Source: a candidate division TM6 bacterium GW2011_GWF2_28_16 (GTDB lineage: Bacteria; Patescibacteriota; Microgenomatia; UBA1400; PJMF01). Taken from it: a stretch of 64,000 nucleotides of DNA. Under the pieces are notes generated by a model. That model was not told the DNA's origin, made no database searches, and saw only the letters and a program-made list of their open reading frames with translations. This document shows, in pieces, positions 27,301-39,256 of this stretch. Location: the NCBI GenBank assembly GCA_001029715.1, contig CP011212.1:195407-259406 (forward strand), written 5' to 3'. Each line of letters opens with the position of its first letter. Positions within the stretch are counted from its first letter, which is position 1. The translations under genes and the position numbers were made by a program.

Positions 27301-27786
27301 GGTCCTTACTCCTTAGTTACTCAACAGCCTTTGGGTGGTAAAGCTCAAATGGGTGGACAGAGAATGGGTGAAATGGAAGTTTGGGCACTTGAAGCTCACC
27401 GTGCCGCTCATGTTCTTCAAGAAATGTTAACTATTAAGTCCGATGATGTTCATGGTCGTGCCAAAGCTTTTGAAGCTATTGTTAAGGGTGAGGATATTCC
27501 AACCCCAACCGTTCCAGAAGCTTTCAGAGTCTTGTGTAAAGAACTCAATTCTTTATCTTTAAATGTCATTGCTCTCGATCCAACTGAAGAAGAAGTTGTG
27601 GAAAAAGTTGCCGCAGTTGCACCAGAAGAAATTCTAATTCTTGATGATTTGGAAGGTACAACTATCACTAGTGGAGATGAAGAAAAAGTTGATTTAGAAG
27701 AAGATGAAGAAGTAGAAGATTTTGATGGAAAAGAAGAAGAGATAGAAGACGAAGTCTCCGAGACAGAAGAGGAGACTTTAAACTAA
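24337..27786 (+). CDS. rpoB: DNA-directed RNA polymerase subunit beta
   Basis: Full-length RpoB with conserved blocks (e.g. GDKLAGRHGNKGV) and an acidic C-terminal tail. Confidence 0.97.
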   Translation: MPQKARRQNWGQKHQILPILDLIQLQSESYKDFLENGIAVALKEVNGDKGIEDFTGKNWSLTFGKYRFGEVKYSPAQAKSKNVSYDMPLYVEATLLNKRTGEERTQEVFLGDIPKMTATGNFIVNGIERGIVTQLVRSPGVFFLGEEDSASKQLLYKTELRPMRGSWLEVTVSRRNVITVKIDRRRKMPVTVLLRAFGYESNDDIAALFEDVLKKDKLDLLNNTLKKDSTTNQAEALIEIYEKMRPGEPAVLETAREFLNHMFFDDRRYDLGEVGRYKVNRRLKIDVDKKKTILDPQDLVAAIGYLIALQNGEGKVDDIDHLSNRRVRRVGELVAGNAFRIGLIRLERSIREKMSLTKTDEILTPSALVNARPLIAAVSEFFRRNRLSAILDQTNPLSEVDNLRRLSVMGTGGVTRERASFSMRDINASQYSRICPIRSPEGPNIGLVTYLSLYTRVNDYGFLEAPYLKVINVKGKMKITDEIVYLSADEEEDYHITHASIGISDDGYITEEWIPMRYRNEFIESSVEEVEYIDVVPRQVVGSSASLIPFIAHDEANRALMGSHMQCQAVPLVKAQAPVIGTGMEAEIAAAMGRTILAPFDGVIEYVDSSKVILKLDKKLHEKAKTFVEVSNNELIEFNKGSIEYKLSKYVRTSQSTCFSQKAVVKFGQEVKKGDVLIDGPATDQGELALGTNLLIAYTSFNGLGYEDALVISDRLVKEDALTSIQISEHKAKVMDTRLGPEELTNDIPNVSETFLANLTVDGIIRIGSHVKSGDILVGKVAPKGETELSPEERLLRAIFGEKSKEVRDTSLRIPHGEEGVVIDVQILDRDLGDELDPGTIREVIVKIAEMRKITVGDKLAGRHGNKGVISKIVPAADMPHLEDGTAVDIIISPLSVLARMNLGQLLETHLGWAADKLGYKVAVPAFEEFNEDKIWNELEKAGLPVSGKAQLYNGYTGEAYREKSVVGINYILKLSHMVEDKTHARSTGPYSLVTQQPLGGKAQMGGQRMGEMEVWALEAHRAAHVLQEMLTIKSDDVHGRAKAFEAIVKGEDIPTPTVPEAFRVLCKELNSLSLNVIALDPTEEEVVEKVAAVAPEEILILDDLEGTTITSGDEEKVDLEEDEEVEDFDGKEEEIEDEVSETEEETLN

Positions 27787-27813
27787 TTTTAGTAAATTTT
27801 TTGAAAGAAACTT

Positions 27814-30800
27814 ATGAAAAACATTGTCGACTTCTCAGCCCTACAAATTAAAATAGCTTCTCCAGATGACATCATGAGCTGGTCTCATGGTGAAGTCAAA
27901 AAACCAGAAACTATTAACTATCGTTCTCTTAAGCCAGAAAAAGATGGTCTTTTTGATGAAAAAATCTTTGGACCAAGTAAAGACTACGAATGTTATTGTG
28001 GAAAATATAAGCGCATTCGTTATAAAGGTATTATCTGTGACAAATGTGGTGTGGAAGTTACTGAAGCTAAAGTTCGTCGTGAACGCATGGCTCACATCAA
28101 GTTAGCTTCTCCAGTTGCTCATATCTGGTTTTTCAAGGGAGCTCCTTCTAAATTGTCTTTACTTTTGGATATTTCTCCAAGAAATCTTAACTCCATCATG
28201 TACTTCTCTCAGTATGTAGTTCTTGCAGTTGATGATGAAGAAAAGAAAGCAGTTCTAGAGAGATTAGATATTGATCAAGTTGCTGCAGCTGACCAGTTAC
28301 GTGACAATGCTGAAAAAGCCATTCTTACTCTTAAAGAGACCTTAGATCAAGAGAAAACTTCCCTAAGCGAAAGAGTTAAGAGTAAAGAAGCTATGCAGCT
28401 TAAAATTACTGAACTCGAGCTTAAGGCTAAAAACAAAATTATTGCTACCAAACAACAATTAGAAGTTCAACTTGAGCAAACAGAAGAAATTTTCAAGACC
28501 ATTAAACAAATGGTTAAAAAAATCAAAATCAAAACTGTTTTAACTGAAGATGAATATCTCAAGTTAGATGAATACGATGCTGCTTCTCATTTAGAAGTTG
28601 GTATGGGTGCAGAAAGTATTTTGGCTTTGGCTAAAAAAGTTGATTTAGACGCTGAAGTTAAAATTTTAAGAGATGAATTAGCTGAAAGCAAAGGTGCTAA
28701 AAAAGCCAAAGTTACCAAGAGACTGCGCGTAGTTGAAGGTTTCAAAAAGTCTAGTATTGACCCAGCTTGGTTGTTCTTAACAGTTTTACCAGTTTTACCT
28801 CCAGACTTGCGTCCTATGGTGCAATTATCTGGTGGTCGTTTTGCAGCTTCAGATCTTAATGATCTCTATCGTCGTGTCATTAACCGTAATAATCGTTTGG
28901 CTCACTTAATTAATTTAGGTGCCCCAGAAATCATTTTACGTAACGAGAAAAGAATGCTCCAAGAAGCTGTTGATTCTTTAATCGATAGTTCTCAAACCAA
29001 GCAAACTCGTCGTCGTAGTAATCGTCGTCCACTGCGTTCTCTTTCTGAGATGTTACGTGGTAAGACTGGTCGTTTCCGTCAAAACTTACTTGGTAAACGT
29101 GTCGACTATTCAGGTCGTAGTGTTATCGTGGTCGGTCCAGAACTAAAACTCAACCAATGTGGTTTACCAAAAGACATGGCTTTGGAAATTTTCAAACCTT
29201 ATGTTTTGAGAGAATTAATTCTCAAAGGCATTGCTCCAAACGTTAAGAGTGCTCGTCATTTAGTTGATCGTCGTGAATCTAGTGTTTACGCAATTCTTGA
29301 GCAGGTTATCGAGAACCACCCGGTTCTTTTAAACCGTGCTCCTACTTTGCATAAATTAGGTATTCAAGCTTTCTTCCCAGTTTTGATTGAAGGTGGGGCT
29401 ATTTCGCTTCATCCTTGTGTTTGTTCTGGCTATAATGCTGATTTTGATGGTGATCAAATGGCTGTTCACGTACCTTTGACCAAACAAGCTCAACAAGAAG
29501 CGATCGATTTAATGATGGCTAACCACAATTTGCTCAAGCCAGCTAATGGTGAACCTATTACTGTGCCAAATAAAGAAATGGCTCTTGGTGCTTATTACTA
29601 CACTAGTTTTGATGAAAAGTTTGAGCTTTTCCCATCTATTTTGGGTAGTAAGAATGAGGCTTATCATTTACATCAGATTGGCAAACTTGATCTTCGTCAA
29701 AAAGTTAAAGTTTTTATGAAGATTAAAGGTAAAAAACAAATTGTTGAAACCAATATTGGTCGCTTGCTTTTCAATAGTGTTTTACCTGAGAGTTTGCGTT
29801 TTATCAATGAACCAGTTAATGCCAAAATGATTAAACAAATTGTCACTAAAGCTATTGAAATCGAAGATAACGAAGTGGTAGCCAAAATGATTGATGACAT
29901 TAAAGATTTAGGTTTTGAAGCAGCTACTGTCTCTGGTTTATCTGTTTCAGTCAGCGATTGTGAAATGCTTGCTGAGAAAGATCAGGTTGTCGATGCCGCT
30001 AATCAAAAAGCTGAATTAATTCGTGATAATTATTTACAAGGTTTGATTACTGATGAAGAACGTCGTCGTCAATCTCTTGATGTTTGGATTAAAACCACCG
30101 ATGAATTAGCCGAAAAAACTTGGAAAACCTATGCCGATGACAACTCAGTCAAAGTAATTATTGATTCAGGTGGTACTCGTGCTTCCAAAGATCAGGTGAA
30201 GCAGTTAGGTGCCATGCGCGGATTAGTGGTTGATCCACTTGGAAACATTGTGGAAATGCCTACTAAATCTAACTTTAGACAGGGTTTATCTATCTTTGAA
30301 TATGTGACTTCAGCTCGTGGTTCTCGTAAAGGTTTGACTGACTCAGCTATTAAAACTGCTGATGCTGGTTATTTAACCCGTCGTTTAGTGGATGTCTCTC
30401 ATGATGCTATTATTCGTCAAGAAGATTGTGGAACTACAGAGGGAATAGAGCTAGTAAGAGCACCTAGAAATGATGTTTTCTATTACAGAATTCTTGGTCG
30501 CTATACTAGTAAAGATATTAAAATTGGCAAAAGAACCGTAGTCACTGCTGGTGAATTAATCAATGATGATATGGCTAAAGAGATTGCCGCCTCAGACTTA
30601 GAATCAGTTTGGGTGCGCTCTCCAATTACCTGTCATTGTAACAAAGGTCTTTGTAGCAAATGTTATGGTTGGGATTTTGCCACCAGAACAGACGTAGAAA
30701 TTGGTGTACCAGTTGGTGTCATTGCTGCTCAGTCAGTAGGTGAACCAGGTACTCAGCTTACAATGCGTGTTAAACATTCAGGTGGTATCGTCGGTTTAGA

Positions 30801-31503
30801 CGTGACCCAAGGTTTGCCTCGTGTGGAAGAATTACTTGAAGCACGTAATCCAAAAGTTCAAGCTTTGATTGCTCATATTGTTGGTAAAGTTAAAATTGAA
30901 GAAAAAGATGGTGAAAATATTATCACCATTAAAAATAAAGAAGGTGAAGAAGAAACCTTTACTCTCCCAGCTTCAGTTGCTTTGCTAGTTAAAGATAAAG
31001 ATTTGGTTTTTGCAGGTCAAAAATTAACTAGTGGTGGTGTGAACATTCAAGAGCTTTTACAACTTAAGGGTCTAATCTTCACACAGCAACACATCATTGA
31101 CCAAGTTCAAGAGGTTTATGAATCTCAGGGTGTAACTATTAATGATAAGCATTTTGAAGTTATCACTCGTAAAATGGGTGACAAACTCCAAATTGAACTT
31201 TCTGGAGACACTGATCTCTTAGTTGGTGAAGTAGTCGAGCGTGCTCGCTTCGTAGAAGTGAATGATAATGTTATGGCAGCCGGTGGTGATCCAGCTACTG
31301 CAAGAGTTTTGCTTTTGGGTATTACCAGATCATCTCTCTTTACCAGTTCTTGGTTGTCTGCTGCTTCTTTCCAACACACCAAGCATGTTTTGACCGATGC
31401 TGCTTCTGAGGGCGCGATCGATTACCTGGAAGGTTTGAAAGAAAATGTTATTATTGGTCGTTTAATCCCAACTAGTGAGGAAAGGGCCAGAGCAACAGTA
31501 TAG
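27814..31503 (+). CDS. rpoC: DNA-directed RNA polymerase subunit beta'
   Basis: Zinc-binding CxxC motifs, [12 protein letters not shown] catalytic motif, and trigger-loop regions. Confidence 0.97.
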   Translation: MKNIVDFSALQIKIASPDDIMSWSHGEVKKPETINYRSLKPEKDGLFDEKIFGPSKDYECYCGKYKRIRYKGIICDKCGVEVTEAKVRRERMAHIKLASPVAHIWFFKGAPSKLSLLLDISPRNLNSIMYFSQYVVLAVDDEEKKAVLERLDIDQVAAADQLRDNAEKAILTLKETLDQEKTSLSERVKSKEAMQLKITELELKAKNKIIATKQQLEVQLEQTEEIFKTIKQMVKKIKIKTVLTEDEYLKLDEYDAASHLEVGMGAESILALAKKVDLDAEVKILRDELAESKGAKKAKVTKRLRVVEGFKKSSIDPAWLFLTVLPVLPPDLRPMVQLSGGRFAASDLNDLYRRVINRNNRLAHLINLGAPEIILRNEKRMLQEAVDSLIDSSQTKQTRRRSNRRPLRSLSEMLRGKTGRFRQNLLGKRVDYSGRSVIVVGPELKLNQCGLPKDMALEIFKPYVLRELILKGIAPNVKSARHLVDRRESSVYAILEQVIENHPVLLNRAPTLHKLGIQAFFPVLIEGGAISLHPCVCSGYNADFDGDQMAVHVPLTKQAQQEAIDLMMANHNLLKPANGEPITVPNKEMALGAYYYTSFDEKFELFPSILGSKNEAYHLHQIGKLDLRQKVKVFMKIKGKKQIVETNIGRLLFNSVLPESLRFINEPVNAKMIKQIVTKAIEIEDNEVVAKMIDDIKDLGFEAATVSGLSVSVSDCEMLAEKDQVVDAANQKAELIRDNYLQGLITDEERRRQSLDVWIKTTDELAEKTWKTYADDNSVKVIIDSGGTRASKDQVKQLGAMRGLVVDPLGNIVEMPTKSNFRQGLSIFEYVTSARGSRKGLTDSAIKTADAGYLTRRLVDVSHDAIIRQEDCGTTEGIELVRAPRNDVFYYRILGRYTSKDIKIGKRTVVTAGELINDDMAKEIAASDLESVWVRSPITCHCNKGLCSKCYGWDFATRTDVEIGVPVGVIAAQSVGEPGTQLTMRVKHSGGIVGLDVTQGLPRVEELLEARNPKVQALIAHIVGKVKIEEKDGENIITIKNKEGEEETFTLPASVALLVKDKDLVFAGQKLTSGGVNIQELLQLKGLIFTQQHIIDQVQEVYESQGVTINDKHFEVITRKMGDKLQIELSGDTDLLVGEVVERARFVEVNDNVMAAGGDPATARVLLLGITRSSLFTSSWLSAASFQHTKHVLTDAASEGAIDYLEGLKENVIIGRLIPTSEERARATV

Positions 31504-31570
31504 AAGTAATAATGAAAAAACAAGGCTAATGTGTTAAAATTGTTGCCTTGGAGAAATAGAAAATAAAATT

Positions 31571-31981
31571 ATGCCTACAATCAGTCAATTAATTAGAAAA
31601 GGTGGCCGCGTCAGCAGAGTCAAACGTATCAAAGCTACAGCTCTTCGCCGTAGTTTTAATTCAAATGATAATCGCCCAGTTGCTACCAATAGTCCTCAAA
31701 AAAGAGGTGTTTGTACTGTGGTTAAAACCATGACTCCAAAAAAACCAAACTCAGCTCTTCGTAAAGTAGCTAGAGTACGTTTGTCCAATAAAATGGAAGT
31801 CACCGCTTATATTCAAGGTGAAGGTCATAATTTGGCTGAACATAGTATTGTTATGATTAGAGGCGGTCGTGTTAAAGATTTACCAGGTGTTAAATACCAT
31901 ATTATTCGTGGTAAATATGACTGTGCTGGTGTTGAGGGTCGTAAAACCAGTCGTAGTAAATATGGAGTCAAGAAAAGTTAA
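31571..31981 (+). CDS. rpsL: 30S ribosomal protein S12
   Basis: [23 protein letters not shown]. Carries a small N-terminal insertion. Confidence 0.95.
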   Translation: MPTISQLIRKGGRVSRVKRIKATALRRSFNSNDNRPVATNSPQKRGVCTVVKTMTPKKPNSALRKVARVRLSNKMEVTAYIQGEGHNLAEHSIVMIRGGRVKDLPGVKYHIIRGKYDCAGVEGRKTSRSKYGVKKS

Positions 31982-31992
31982 AGGAAAATAGT

Positions 31993-32469
31993 ATGAGAAC
32001 CAAAAAGGCTCAAGTTCGTGAAATAGAAAAAGACGCTAAATACGGATCTGTTTTAGTGCAGAATATTATCAATCGCAGTATGCAAGATGGTAAGAAATCT
32101 GTCGCTCAAAAACAAGTTTACGATGCATTAGCTATTGTCGAAAAAGAAACCAAGCGTAAAGCTTTGGAAGTTTTAGAAGAAGCTATCGGCAAGATCCAAC
32201 CTCAAATGGAGGTTCGTTCTCGTCGTGTTGGTGGTGCTTCTTACCAAGTGCCTATGCCAGTACGCGGTCGTCGTGCCAATTCTTTAAGTGTAAGGTGGCT
32301 AGTCACTGAATCTAATAAACGTCCAAACAAGCAATATCATAGTTACGCTGAAAAATTAGCAGCTGAACTACTCGATGCTTTAATTGAACAAGGTGGTGCA
32401 ATAGAAAAGCGTAATGGTTCTCACCGTATGGCTGAATCCAACAAAGCTTTCTCCCACTTTAGATGGTAA
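31993..32469 (+). CDS. rpsG: 30S ribosomal protein S7
   Basis: S7 motifs DGKKS..Y and the C-terminal W. Confidence 0.95.
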   Translation: MRTKKAQVREIEKDAKYGSVLVQNIINRSMQDGKKSVAQKQVYDALAIVEKETKRKALEVLEEAIGKIQPQMEVRSRRVGGASYQVPMPVRGRRANSLSVRWLVTESNKRPNKQYHSYAEKLAAELLDALIEQGGAIEKRNGSHRMAESNKAFSHFRW

Positions 32470-32523
32470 GGTTTTATATTCCGCATTTATTATTAGCTAG
32501 AGAAATTGTAAAATTATAGATCT

Positions 32524-34662
32524 ATGTCAGACATTTCAAAATCAAGACAAGTTCCATTGGAACGCATCAGAAATATTGGTATTATTGCTCACATCGATGC
32601 TGGTAAAACTACCACCACCGAGCGTATCCTTTTTTATACTGGTCGTAATTATAAAATTGGTGAAGTTCACGAGGGCGCAGCCACTATGGACTGGATGGCT
32701 CAGGAACAGGAGCGTGGAATTACTATCGTTTCTGCTGCTACCACTTGTTTTTGGGAACCATATTTTAAAACTGTTTTGCCAAAGGCAAAATATCGTTTTA
32801 ATATCATTGACACCCCAGGACACGTTGATTTTACTGCTGAAGTCGAGCGCTCATTACGCGTTTTAGACGGTGGAATCACTGTTTTAGATGCTTCTGAAGG
32901 CGTACAATCTCAATCTGAAACTGTTTGGCGTCAAGCTGATAAGTATAATGTGCCTCGTATTTGTTTTGTTAATAAAATGGATAAATTAGGTGCTGATTTT
33001 AATGCTACCGTAGAAGATATTCGTGTCAAATTTGGTGTTACTCCAGCAGTGATGGTTTTGCCAATGGGTAGCGAAAACTTTTTTGAAGGAGTCATTGATT
33101 TAATTTCCCGCGATGCTTATTTTTGGGAAGATCACGAAGCCGCTACTGAACCAGAAATTAAAGCAATTCCAGAGGAATACAAAAAAAAAGTTGAAGAAGA
33201 AAGACTGAAATTAGTTGAAGCTATTGCTGAAACTGACGATGCTTTAATGGAAAAATTCTTTGCTGAAGAAGAAATTAGTATTGAAGAACTTAAGACAGCT
33301 TTACGCAAAGCTGTTATTGGTTATAAATTAGTTCCAGTTTTTGCTGGTTCTTCCTTAAAGAATACTGGTATTCAACCTTTACTTGATGCTGTTATCGAAT
33401 ATTTACCATCTCCAACCGATATTGATCACATCGAGGGTCACGTCCCAGGAAAAGTAGAAGAGATAGTGCAACGTAGATTAGTTCCAGAAGAGAAGTTTTG
33501 TGGTCTAGCTTTTAAGATTCAAACCGATCCTCACGTTGGTAAGTTAACTTACTTCCGTGTTTATTCAGGTTCAATTAAAGCTGGTTCTTATGTCTACAAC
33601 TCTAGTAAAGATGTTAAAGAAAGAGTTGGTCGTTTACTTTTAATGCATGCTAATGACAGAGAAGATGTAAATGAAGCTTTTGCCGGAGAGATTATTGCTG
33701 TGGTTGGTCTTCGTGATACTAAAACTGGCGACACTCTTTCTGATGAAAATGCTCCAGTAATTTTGGAAGGCATTACTTTTGCTGATCCAGTTATTTCTTT
33801 AGCTATTGAACCAAAAACTAAGTCTGACCAAGAAAAAATGGGTATGGCTTTGGCTAAACTTTCTGAAGAAGATCCTACTTTTAGCATTACTGTTGATCAT
33901 GAAACTGGACAAACCATCATCGGTGGTATGGGCGAGTTGCATTTGGAAATCATTGTTGATCGTCTCAAAAGAGAATTTAAAGTTGATGCCGATGTAGGCA
34001 AGCCTCAAGTAGCTTATCGTGAAACTATTACCAAAGAAGCCAATGGTGAGGGTAAGTACATTAAACAATCTGGTGGACGTGGACAATATGGCCACGTTTT
34101 ACTCAAAATTGAGCCAAAGGATCGTGGCACTGGTTATGAATTTGTAAATGCTATTACTGGCGGTGTTGTTCCACGTGAATACATTGAGCCTACCAATAAA
34201 GGTATTAAAGAATCTCTTGACAGAGGTTTCTTGGCCAGCTATCCAATGGTGGATGTCAAAGTTACTCTTTATGATGGTTCTTATCATGATGTTGACTCTA
34301 GTGAATTATCTTTTAAGATGGCCGGTTCTCTTGGTATGAGAGATGGTCTTGCTAGAGCAGGAATGATTTTAATAGAACCTGTTATGAAGGTTGAAGTTAG
34401 CACCCCAGAAGAATTCATGGGTGATATTATTGGTGACCTCGGTTCTCGTCGCGCTCAAATTCAGGGTACTAATACCAGAGGTAATGTAGTAATTATTACT
34501 GCTTTAGCTCCTTTATCTGAAATGCAAGGCTATGTAACTAACTTACGTGGCATGACTCAAGGTCGCGCCAGTAGTGTTATGCTTCCAAGTCACTACGAAG
34601 AGGTGCCAAAAAATATTACCGAAAAAATTGTTGAAGAGAGAAAAGGAATTAGAAAAAGGTAA
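32524..34662 (+). CDS. fusA: elongation factor G
   Basis: G-domain [21 protein letters not shown]. Full five-domain length. Confidence 0.95.
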   Translation: MSDISKSRQVPLERIRNIGIIAHIDAGKTTTTERILFYTGRNYKIGEVHEGAATMDWMAQEQERGITIVSAATTCFWEPYFKTVLPKAKYRFNIIDTPGHVDFTAEVERSLRVLDGGITVLDASEGVQSQSETVWRQADKYNVPRICFVNKMDKLGADFNATVEDIRVKFGVTPAVMVLPMGSENFFEGVIDLISRDAYFWEDHEAATEPEIKAIPEEYKKKVEEERLKLVEAIAETDDALMEKFFAEEEISIEELKTALRKAVIGYKLVPVFAGSSLKNTGIQPLLDAVIEYLPSPTDIDHIEGHVPGKVEEIVQRRLVPEEKFCGLAFKIQTDPHVGKLTYFRVYSGSIKAGSYVYNSSKDVKERVGRLLLMHANDREDVNEAFAGEIIAVVGLRDTKTGDTLSDENAPVILEGITFADPVISLAIEPKTKSDQEKMGMALAKLSEEDPTFSITVDHETGQTIIGGMGELHLEIIVDRLKREFKVDADVGKPQVAYRETITKEANGEGKYIKQSGGRGQYGHVLLKIEPKDRGTGYEFVNAITGGVVPREYIEPTNKGIKESLDRGFLASYPMVDVKVTLYDGSYHDVDSSELSFKMAGSLGMRDGLARAGMILIEPVMKVEVSTPEEFMGDIIGDLGSRRAQIQGTNTRGNVVIITALAPLSEMQGYVTNLRGMTQGRASSVMLPSHYEEVPKNITEKIVEERKGIRKR

Positions 34663-34758
34663 ATAATCCAAATCGCTTGTTTTGCCTGTTTTTTTAAGGT
34701 AAAATACAAGCTCGACAGCAATAATAATTGTTATTTTATAAATTAGTAAACAAATAAA

Positions 34759-34862
34759 AAAAAGAAAGGAGTGAATTTATTTTTAGATGCATTTGATCAC
34801 CTGAGTAAACGTCTTTACTCAAGAGATCACTGAGGATAAAAATAAGATTCACGACATACATT
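34759..34862 (+). promoter_or_regulatory. conserved ~100-nt leader element (copy B) upstream of tuf, with hairpin 34802-34821
   Basis: Aligns base-for-base with 9781-9879. The hairpin TGAGTAAA-CGTC-TTTACTCA carries two compensatory base-pair swaps relative to copy A. Confidence 0.6.
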
Positions 34863-36059
34863 ATGGCAGACGCAAAAAAATTTGTCAGAAGTAAGCCGCA
34901 TGTTAACATTGGTACCATTGGTCACGTTGATCACGGTAAAACCACTTTAACTGCAGCTATTACTCAAACCTTAGCTAAACAGGTTCCATGTGAAACCAAT
35001 AAAGCTATGCTTTACTCAGATGTTGAGAGCAGTCAAGAAGAAGTTGCTAGAGGTATTACCATCAATATTAAACATATTGAATATGAAACCTCAAAACGTC
35101 ACTATGCTCATATTGATGCTCCAGGTCATGCTGATTACATCAAAAATATGATTACTGGCGCTGCTCAAATGGATGGTGCTATCTTAGTCGTAGCCGCTAC
35201 TGATGGCCCAATGCCTCAAACTCGCGAGCACATTTTGTTAGCTAATCAGGTTAACGTGCCAAAGATCGTTGTTGCTTTAAATAAATGTGACATGGTCGAT
35301 GATGCAGAATTATTAGATTTAGTTGAATTTGAAGTTCGTGATCTTTTGACTAAATACAATTACGATGGAGAGAATACCCCAGTCATTCGCGTTAGTGCAG
35401 CTAAAGCTTTGGCAGGTGATGCAGATGCTCAGGCCAAAATCATGGAATTAATGGATGCAGTAGATAGCTACATTCCAGAGCCAGTTCGTGATATTGATAA
35501 GCCTTTTAGTATGTACATCGAAGATGTTTTTTCAATCAAAGGTCGTGGCACTGTCGTTACTGGTCGTATTGAAAGTGGTGTCGTCAAAGTTGGCGAAAAC
35601 ATTGATATCATTGGTATTCGTCCTAAAGTATCATCTACCGTTACTGGTGTTGAAATGTTTAGAAAAATGCTCGATCAAGGTCAAGCAGGCGATAACGTTG
35701 GTATTTTGCTTCGTGGCATCGAAAAAGATGGTGTTGAAAGAGGTCAGCTCTTGGCTAAGCCAGGTTCTGCTTCTGCTCACAAGAAATTCGAAGCTGAAGT
35801 TTATATTTTGAAAAAAGAAGAAGGTGGTCGTCACAAACCTTTCTTCTCTGGTTACAAACCTCAGTTCTACATTAGAACAACTGATGTTACCGGTGAAATT
35901 AAACTTCCAGATGGAGTTGAAATGGTTATGCCTGGTGATAATGCTAAGATGACTGTTGAACTCTTAGTGCCAGTCGCTGTTACCGAGGGTTTCCGCTTCG
36001 CTATTCGTGAAGGTGGATTAACTGTTGGCGCAGGTGCTGTGACCAAGATTTTGGATTAA
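34863..36059 (+). CDS. tuf: elongation factor Tu
   Basis: [36 protein letters not shown]. Confidence 0.97.
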   Translation: MADAKKFVRSKPHVNIGTIGHVDHGKTTLTAAITQTLAKQVPCETNKAMLYSDVESSQEEVARGITINIKHIEYETSKRHYAHIDAPGHADYIKNMITGAAQMDGAILVVAATDGPMPQTREHILLANQVNVPKIVVALNKCDMVDDAELLDLVEFEVRDLLTKYNYDGENTPVIRVSAAKALAGDADAQAKIMELMDAVDSYIPEPVRDIDKPFSMYIEDVFSIKGRGTVVTGRIESGVVKVGENIDIIGIRPKVSSTVTGVEMFRKMLDQGQAGDNVGILLRGIEKDGVERGQLLAKPGSASAHKKFEAEVYILKKEEGGRHKPFFSGYKPQFYIRTTDVTGEIKLPDGVEMVMPGDNAKMTVELLVPVAVTEGFRFAIREGGLTVGAGAVTKILD

Positions 36060-36091
36060 CTTTCACAGTCTTAGAAAAAAGAAACAAAGAA

Positions 36092-36116
36092 ACCCCGCTT
36101 TATAGCGGGGTTTTTC
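36092..36116 (+). terminator. rho-independent terminator after tuf
   Basis: ACCCCGCT-TTATA-GCGGGGT hairpin followed by TTTTT. Confidence 0.8.
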
Positions 36117-36330
36117 TTTATTAGTTACTCTTGCTCTCCCTACTTCCTTCTGGTACAATACAATCCTCTCGAGAAATATGGGAGTAATTTGTTTTTTTGA
36201 GCATTTCTAAAGAAAACTGTTTGAAGAAATATACAAATTTCCCCTGTACAAGAGGGAGAGAATTAGATATAATCGCGTTTTGTGATTTAAGAGATCACAA
36301 ACATAGAGAAAGCAATAAATTAAAAATAGT

Positions 36331-36651
36331 ATGAATAAAAATCAAAACTCATACAAGATTAGAGTTAGGCTCAAATCTTACGACCACCGCGTTATAGACG
36401 AGGCTTCTCGTAAGATTTTGCAAACCGCTTTGTCTACTGGTGCTAAAGTTATTGGCCCAGTACCATTGCCAACTCATAAAAAATCTTTTACAGTTTTGGT
36501 TTCACCTCATACGGATAAAAATGCTCAAGAGCATTACGAGATTCGTACTCATAAGCGTTTGATCGACATCGTCGATCCAACCAATAAGACCATCGATTCT
36601 TTAATGCACTTGGAACTACCTGCTGGTGTTGATATTCAAATCAAAATGTAG
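36331..36651 (+). CDS. rpsJ: 30S ribosomal protein S10
   Basis: [17 protein letters not shown] signature. Confidence 0.95.
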   Translation: MNKNQNSYKIRVRLKSYDHRVIDEASRKILQTALSTGAKVIGPVPLPTHKKSFTVLVSPHTDKNAQEHYEIRTHKRLIDIVDPTNKTIDSLMHLELPAGVDIQIKM

Positions 36652-36709
36652 TTTAAGGCAGTAGGATAAGTTAGCTTGAAAACCTAACGCTTTATTTTGT
36701 TGACAAACA

Positions 36710-37453
36710 ATGCTAAATACAATATTTGCTACCAAAGTGGAAATGTCCCAAGCCTGGTCAGAGGATGGTAAGCGCTTGCCTATTACAAAGCTTAAGGTAA
36801 GTGATAACGTCGTTTTATCCAAAAAAGAAACCCAAGATAAACAAGTCACCGTTGAAATTGGTTATGGTCAAAAAAAATTAAAGAATGTTGCTAAACCACT
36901 CAGAGCAAAGATTGCGAAAAGTGGTTTTTCTTTTGGTGTTAAGCAAGTTGAAGGTGTCAAATTAGCCACTCAAGAAGAGGGTGAAACTGTTGTAGAAGCG
37001 GGTCAAACTTTAGCTTTAACCGATGTTTTATCAATTGGCGATGTAGTCGAAATTCAAGGATCAACTAAAGGCCGTGGTTTTGCCGGTGCTATCAAGAGAC
37101 ATGGTTTCCATGGTGGCCCAAAAACCCATGGTCAATCAGATCGTGCTAGAGCTGTTGGCTCTATTGGCTCAGGTACTACTCCAGGTCGTGTTTGGAAAGG
37201 CAAGAGAATGCCAGGCAGATATGGTTGTGATACTAAAACCGTTTCTGGCTTGGTTGTTGTTTATATTGATCAAAAAAGTAATGAAGTTTGGGTTAATGGT
37301 CCTGTTCCAGGATACAGAACTTCAACAGTCAGGATCAGCAAAACTGGAATCAATAAAGAAATTAAATTAAATTTGGGAATGCTTGGTTTGGCTATTCAAA
37401 GTGAACCAGAAGTACCAGAAGTAGCAGAAGTTACTGAGGAAAGTAAATCATAA
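36710..37453 (+). CDS. rplC: 50S ribosomal protein L3
   Basis: Position in the S10 operon and L3 motifs (KGRGFAGAIKRHGF). Confidence 0.93.
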   Translation: MLNTIFATKVEMSQAWSEDGKRLPITKLKVSDNVVLSKKETQDKQVTVEIGYGQKKLKNVAKPLRAKIAKSGFSFGVKQVEGVKLATQEEGETVVEAGQTLALTDVLSIGDVVEIQGSTKGRGFAGAIKRHGFHGGPKTHGQSDRARAVGSIGSGTTPGRVWKGKRMPGRYGCDTKTVSGLVVVYIDQKSNEVWVNGPVPGYRTSTVRISKTGINKEIKLNLGMLGLAIQSEPEVPEVAEVTEESKS

Positions 37454-38097
37454 TGCAATTGACAGTGATCGATTCTGCCAGCAAAAATGAAAAAGTCAGA
37501 GTAAGTGACTCTTTGTTTACTGACTCCGGCTCTGACGTACTTTTGTCTCAATCAATCAGAGTTTATTTGAGTAATCTAAGACAGGGTACTAGTCACACTA
37601 AAACCAGATCTGAAATCAATAGAACCAAGAAGAAGTGGTATAAACAAAAAGGTACTGGTAATGCTCGCCATGGTGCTCGTACTCCAAGTATTTTTGTAGG
37701 TGGTGGAGTTGCTTTTGGTCCAAGAGGAAATGAGAACTGGAGTAAGACTTTAACTGCTAAGAGTAAACTTTTAGCCCTTAAATTAGCCTTAAGTGCTCAA
37801 AAAGCCAATCTCTTTTTAAGTAAAAATATTTCTTCTTTAAATGGCAAAACAAGCGAAGCTGTTTCTCTTTTATCTTCTGTAAGTAAAGAAGATGAGAAAG
37901 TTTTGGTAGTTCTAGCCAAGAGTTCAGAATTAGCTCTTCGTTCCTTGCGTAATTTAGAGAATGTTTTAGTAATGACTGCAGATCGTATTAATTCTTTACA
38001 CGTCGCCATGGCTGACAAAATCATTATTGATTTTACTGCCCTCAAAATTTTAGAAGAAAGATTATTAAAAGTTAAGAAAACAGTGATCAAAAAATAA
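37453..38097 (+). CDS. rplD: 50S ribosomal protein L4
   Basis: Operon position. [11 protein letters not shown] motif. Confidence 0.93.
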   Translation: MQLTVIDSASKNEKVRVSDSLFTDSGSDVLLSQSIRVYLSNLRQGTSHTKTRSEINRTKKKWYKQKGTGNARHGARTPSIFVGGGVAFGPRGNENWSKTLTAKSKLLALKLALSAQKANLFLSKNISSLNGKTSEAVSLLSSVSKEDEKVLVVLAKSSELALRSLRNLENVLVMTADRINSLHVAMADKIIIDFTALKILEERLLKVKKTVIKK

Positions 38098-38099
38098 TC

Positions 38100-38399
38100 A
38101 TGAATGCCTATTTAATTAAAAAACCAGTTGTCACAGAAAGATCTCTTAGCTTAGCCAAGAAAGAGCATGTTTATACTTTTGAAGTAGAAATGGGTGCTCA
38201 CAAAGGTCAAATTAAAGAAGCCGTTGCCTCCGTTTTTGGAGTCAAGGTTCTTTCAGTTAACACTGTGGTTAGACATAGAGTTAAAAAGAAAACTGGTAAG
38301 AAAAGAATGAATACTGTTAGTCCAAAAACCAAAAAAGCTTACGTGACTTTGGCTAGTGACAATCATATTGATCTTTTTGATGTAGGAGGAGAAAGCTAA
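38100..38399 (+). CDS. rplW: 50S ribosomal protein L23
   Basis: Operon position. L23 fold motifs. Confidence 0.9.
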   Translation: MNAYLIKKPVVTERSLSLAKKEHVYTFEVEMGAHKGQIKEAVASVFGVKVLSVNTVVRHRVKKKTGKKRMNTVSPKTKKAYVTLASDNHIDLFDVGGES

Positions 38400-39235
38400 T
38401 GTTAAAGAAAATGAAAGGCACCACTCCAGGAAAGAGACATCGCGTTGATAACGATCGCAGTAGTTTACATAAAGGCGATCCTGAAAAATCTCTTTTGGCC
38501 AAGGGTCATAAAAAGAGACAAGGTAAAGATGCTTCTGGTCACATTTCAATGAGACATAGAGGTGGCGGTGTCAAAAAGAAAATGAGAGTAGTCGATTTTC
38601 GTCGCACTAAAGTTGGTATTCCAGCTATAGTCAAGAGAATTGAATATGATCCAATGCGCAGCGCTAATGTTGCTTTGCTTTTTTACAAAGATGGTGAAAA
38701 AAGTTACATTATTGCTCCAGAAGGTTTGGAAATCGGTGCTGAAATTATCGCTGATGAAAAAACTGAGGTTAAAGTTGGTAACTGTATGAAATTGAAGAAT
38801 GTGCCAATTGGTGTTGAGATTCATAACATTGAGTTGCGTGCAGGAAAAGGTGCTCAAATTGTTAGAGGAGCTGGCCTTGGAGCCATGATTCAGTCTAAAG
38901 AAGGTAAATATGCTATCATTGCTTTGCCTTCCAAAGAACATCGTTTGGTTAACTTAGAATGTATTGCTACTATTGGAAGCGTTGGTAATCAAGAATGGAA
39001 GGGTGTTAAATTAGGCAAAGCCGGTAGAAAAAGAATGATGGGTATTCGCCCAACGGTTAGAGGTACTGCTCAACATCCAGACAGTCATCCACACGGTGGT
39101 GGTGAAGGTCGTAGCGGTGTAGGTATGAAGCACGCTAAGTCTCCATGGGGTAAGAATGTTGCTCCAGGTAAGAAGACCAGAAGTGTTAGAAAATCAAACC
39201 GCCACTTAGTAAGAGATCGTCGCGCTAAAAATTAA
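38399..39235 (+). CDS. rplB: 50S ribosomal protein L2
   Basis: SMRHRGGG and the C-terminal HPHGGGEGR. Confidence 0.95.
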   Translation: MLKKMKGTTPGKRHRVDNDRSSLHKGDPEKSLLAKGHKKRQGKDASGHISMRHRGGGVKKKMRVVDFRRTKVGIPAIVKRIEYDPMRSANVALLFYKDGEKSYIIAPEGLEIGAEIIADEKTEVKVGNCMKLKNVPIGVEIHNIELRAGKGAQIVRGAGLGAMIQSKEGKYAIIALPSKEHRLVNLECIATIGSVGNQEWKGVKLGKAGRKRMMGIRPTVRGTAQHPDSHPHGGGEGRSGVGMKHAKSPWGKNVAPGKKTRSVRKSNRHLVRDRRAKN

Positions 39236-39256
39236 TTAAAGTAAAGTATAAAAATT

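Noticed and set aside
36120-36330. Possible S10-operon leader structure (CTCTCCCT...AGGGAGAG and GTGATT-TAAGAG-ATCAC hairpins)
   Set aside because: Short stems could be L4-autoregulatory leader elements, but with one copy and no comparison sequences the evidence is too weak to call.
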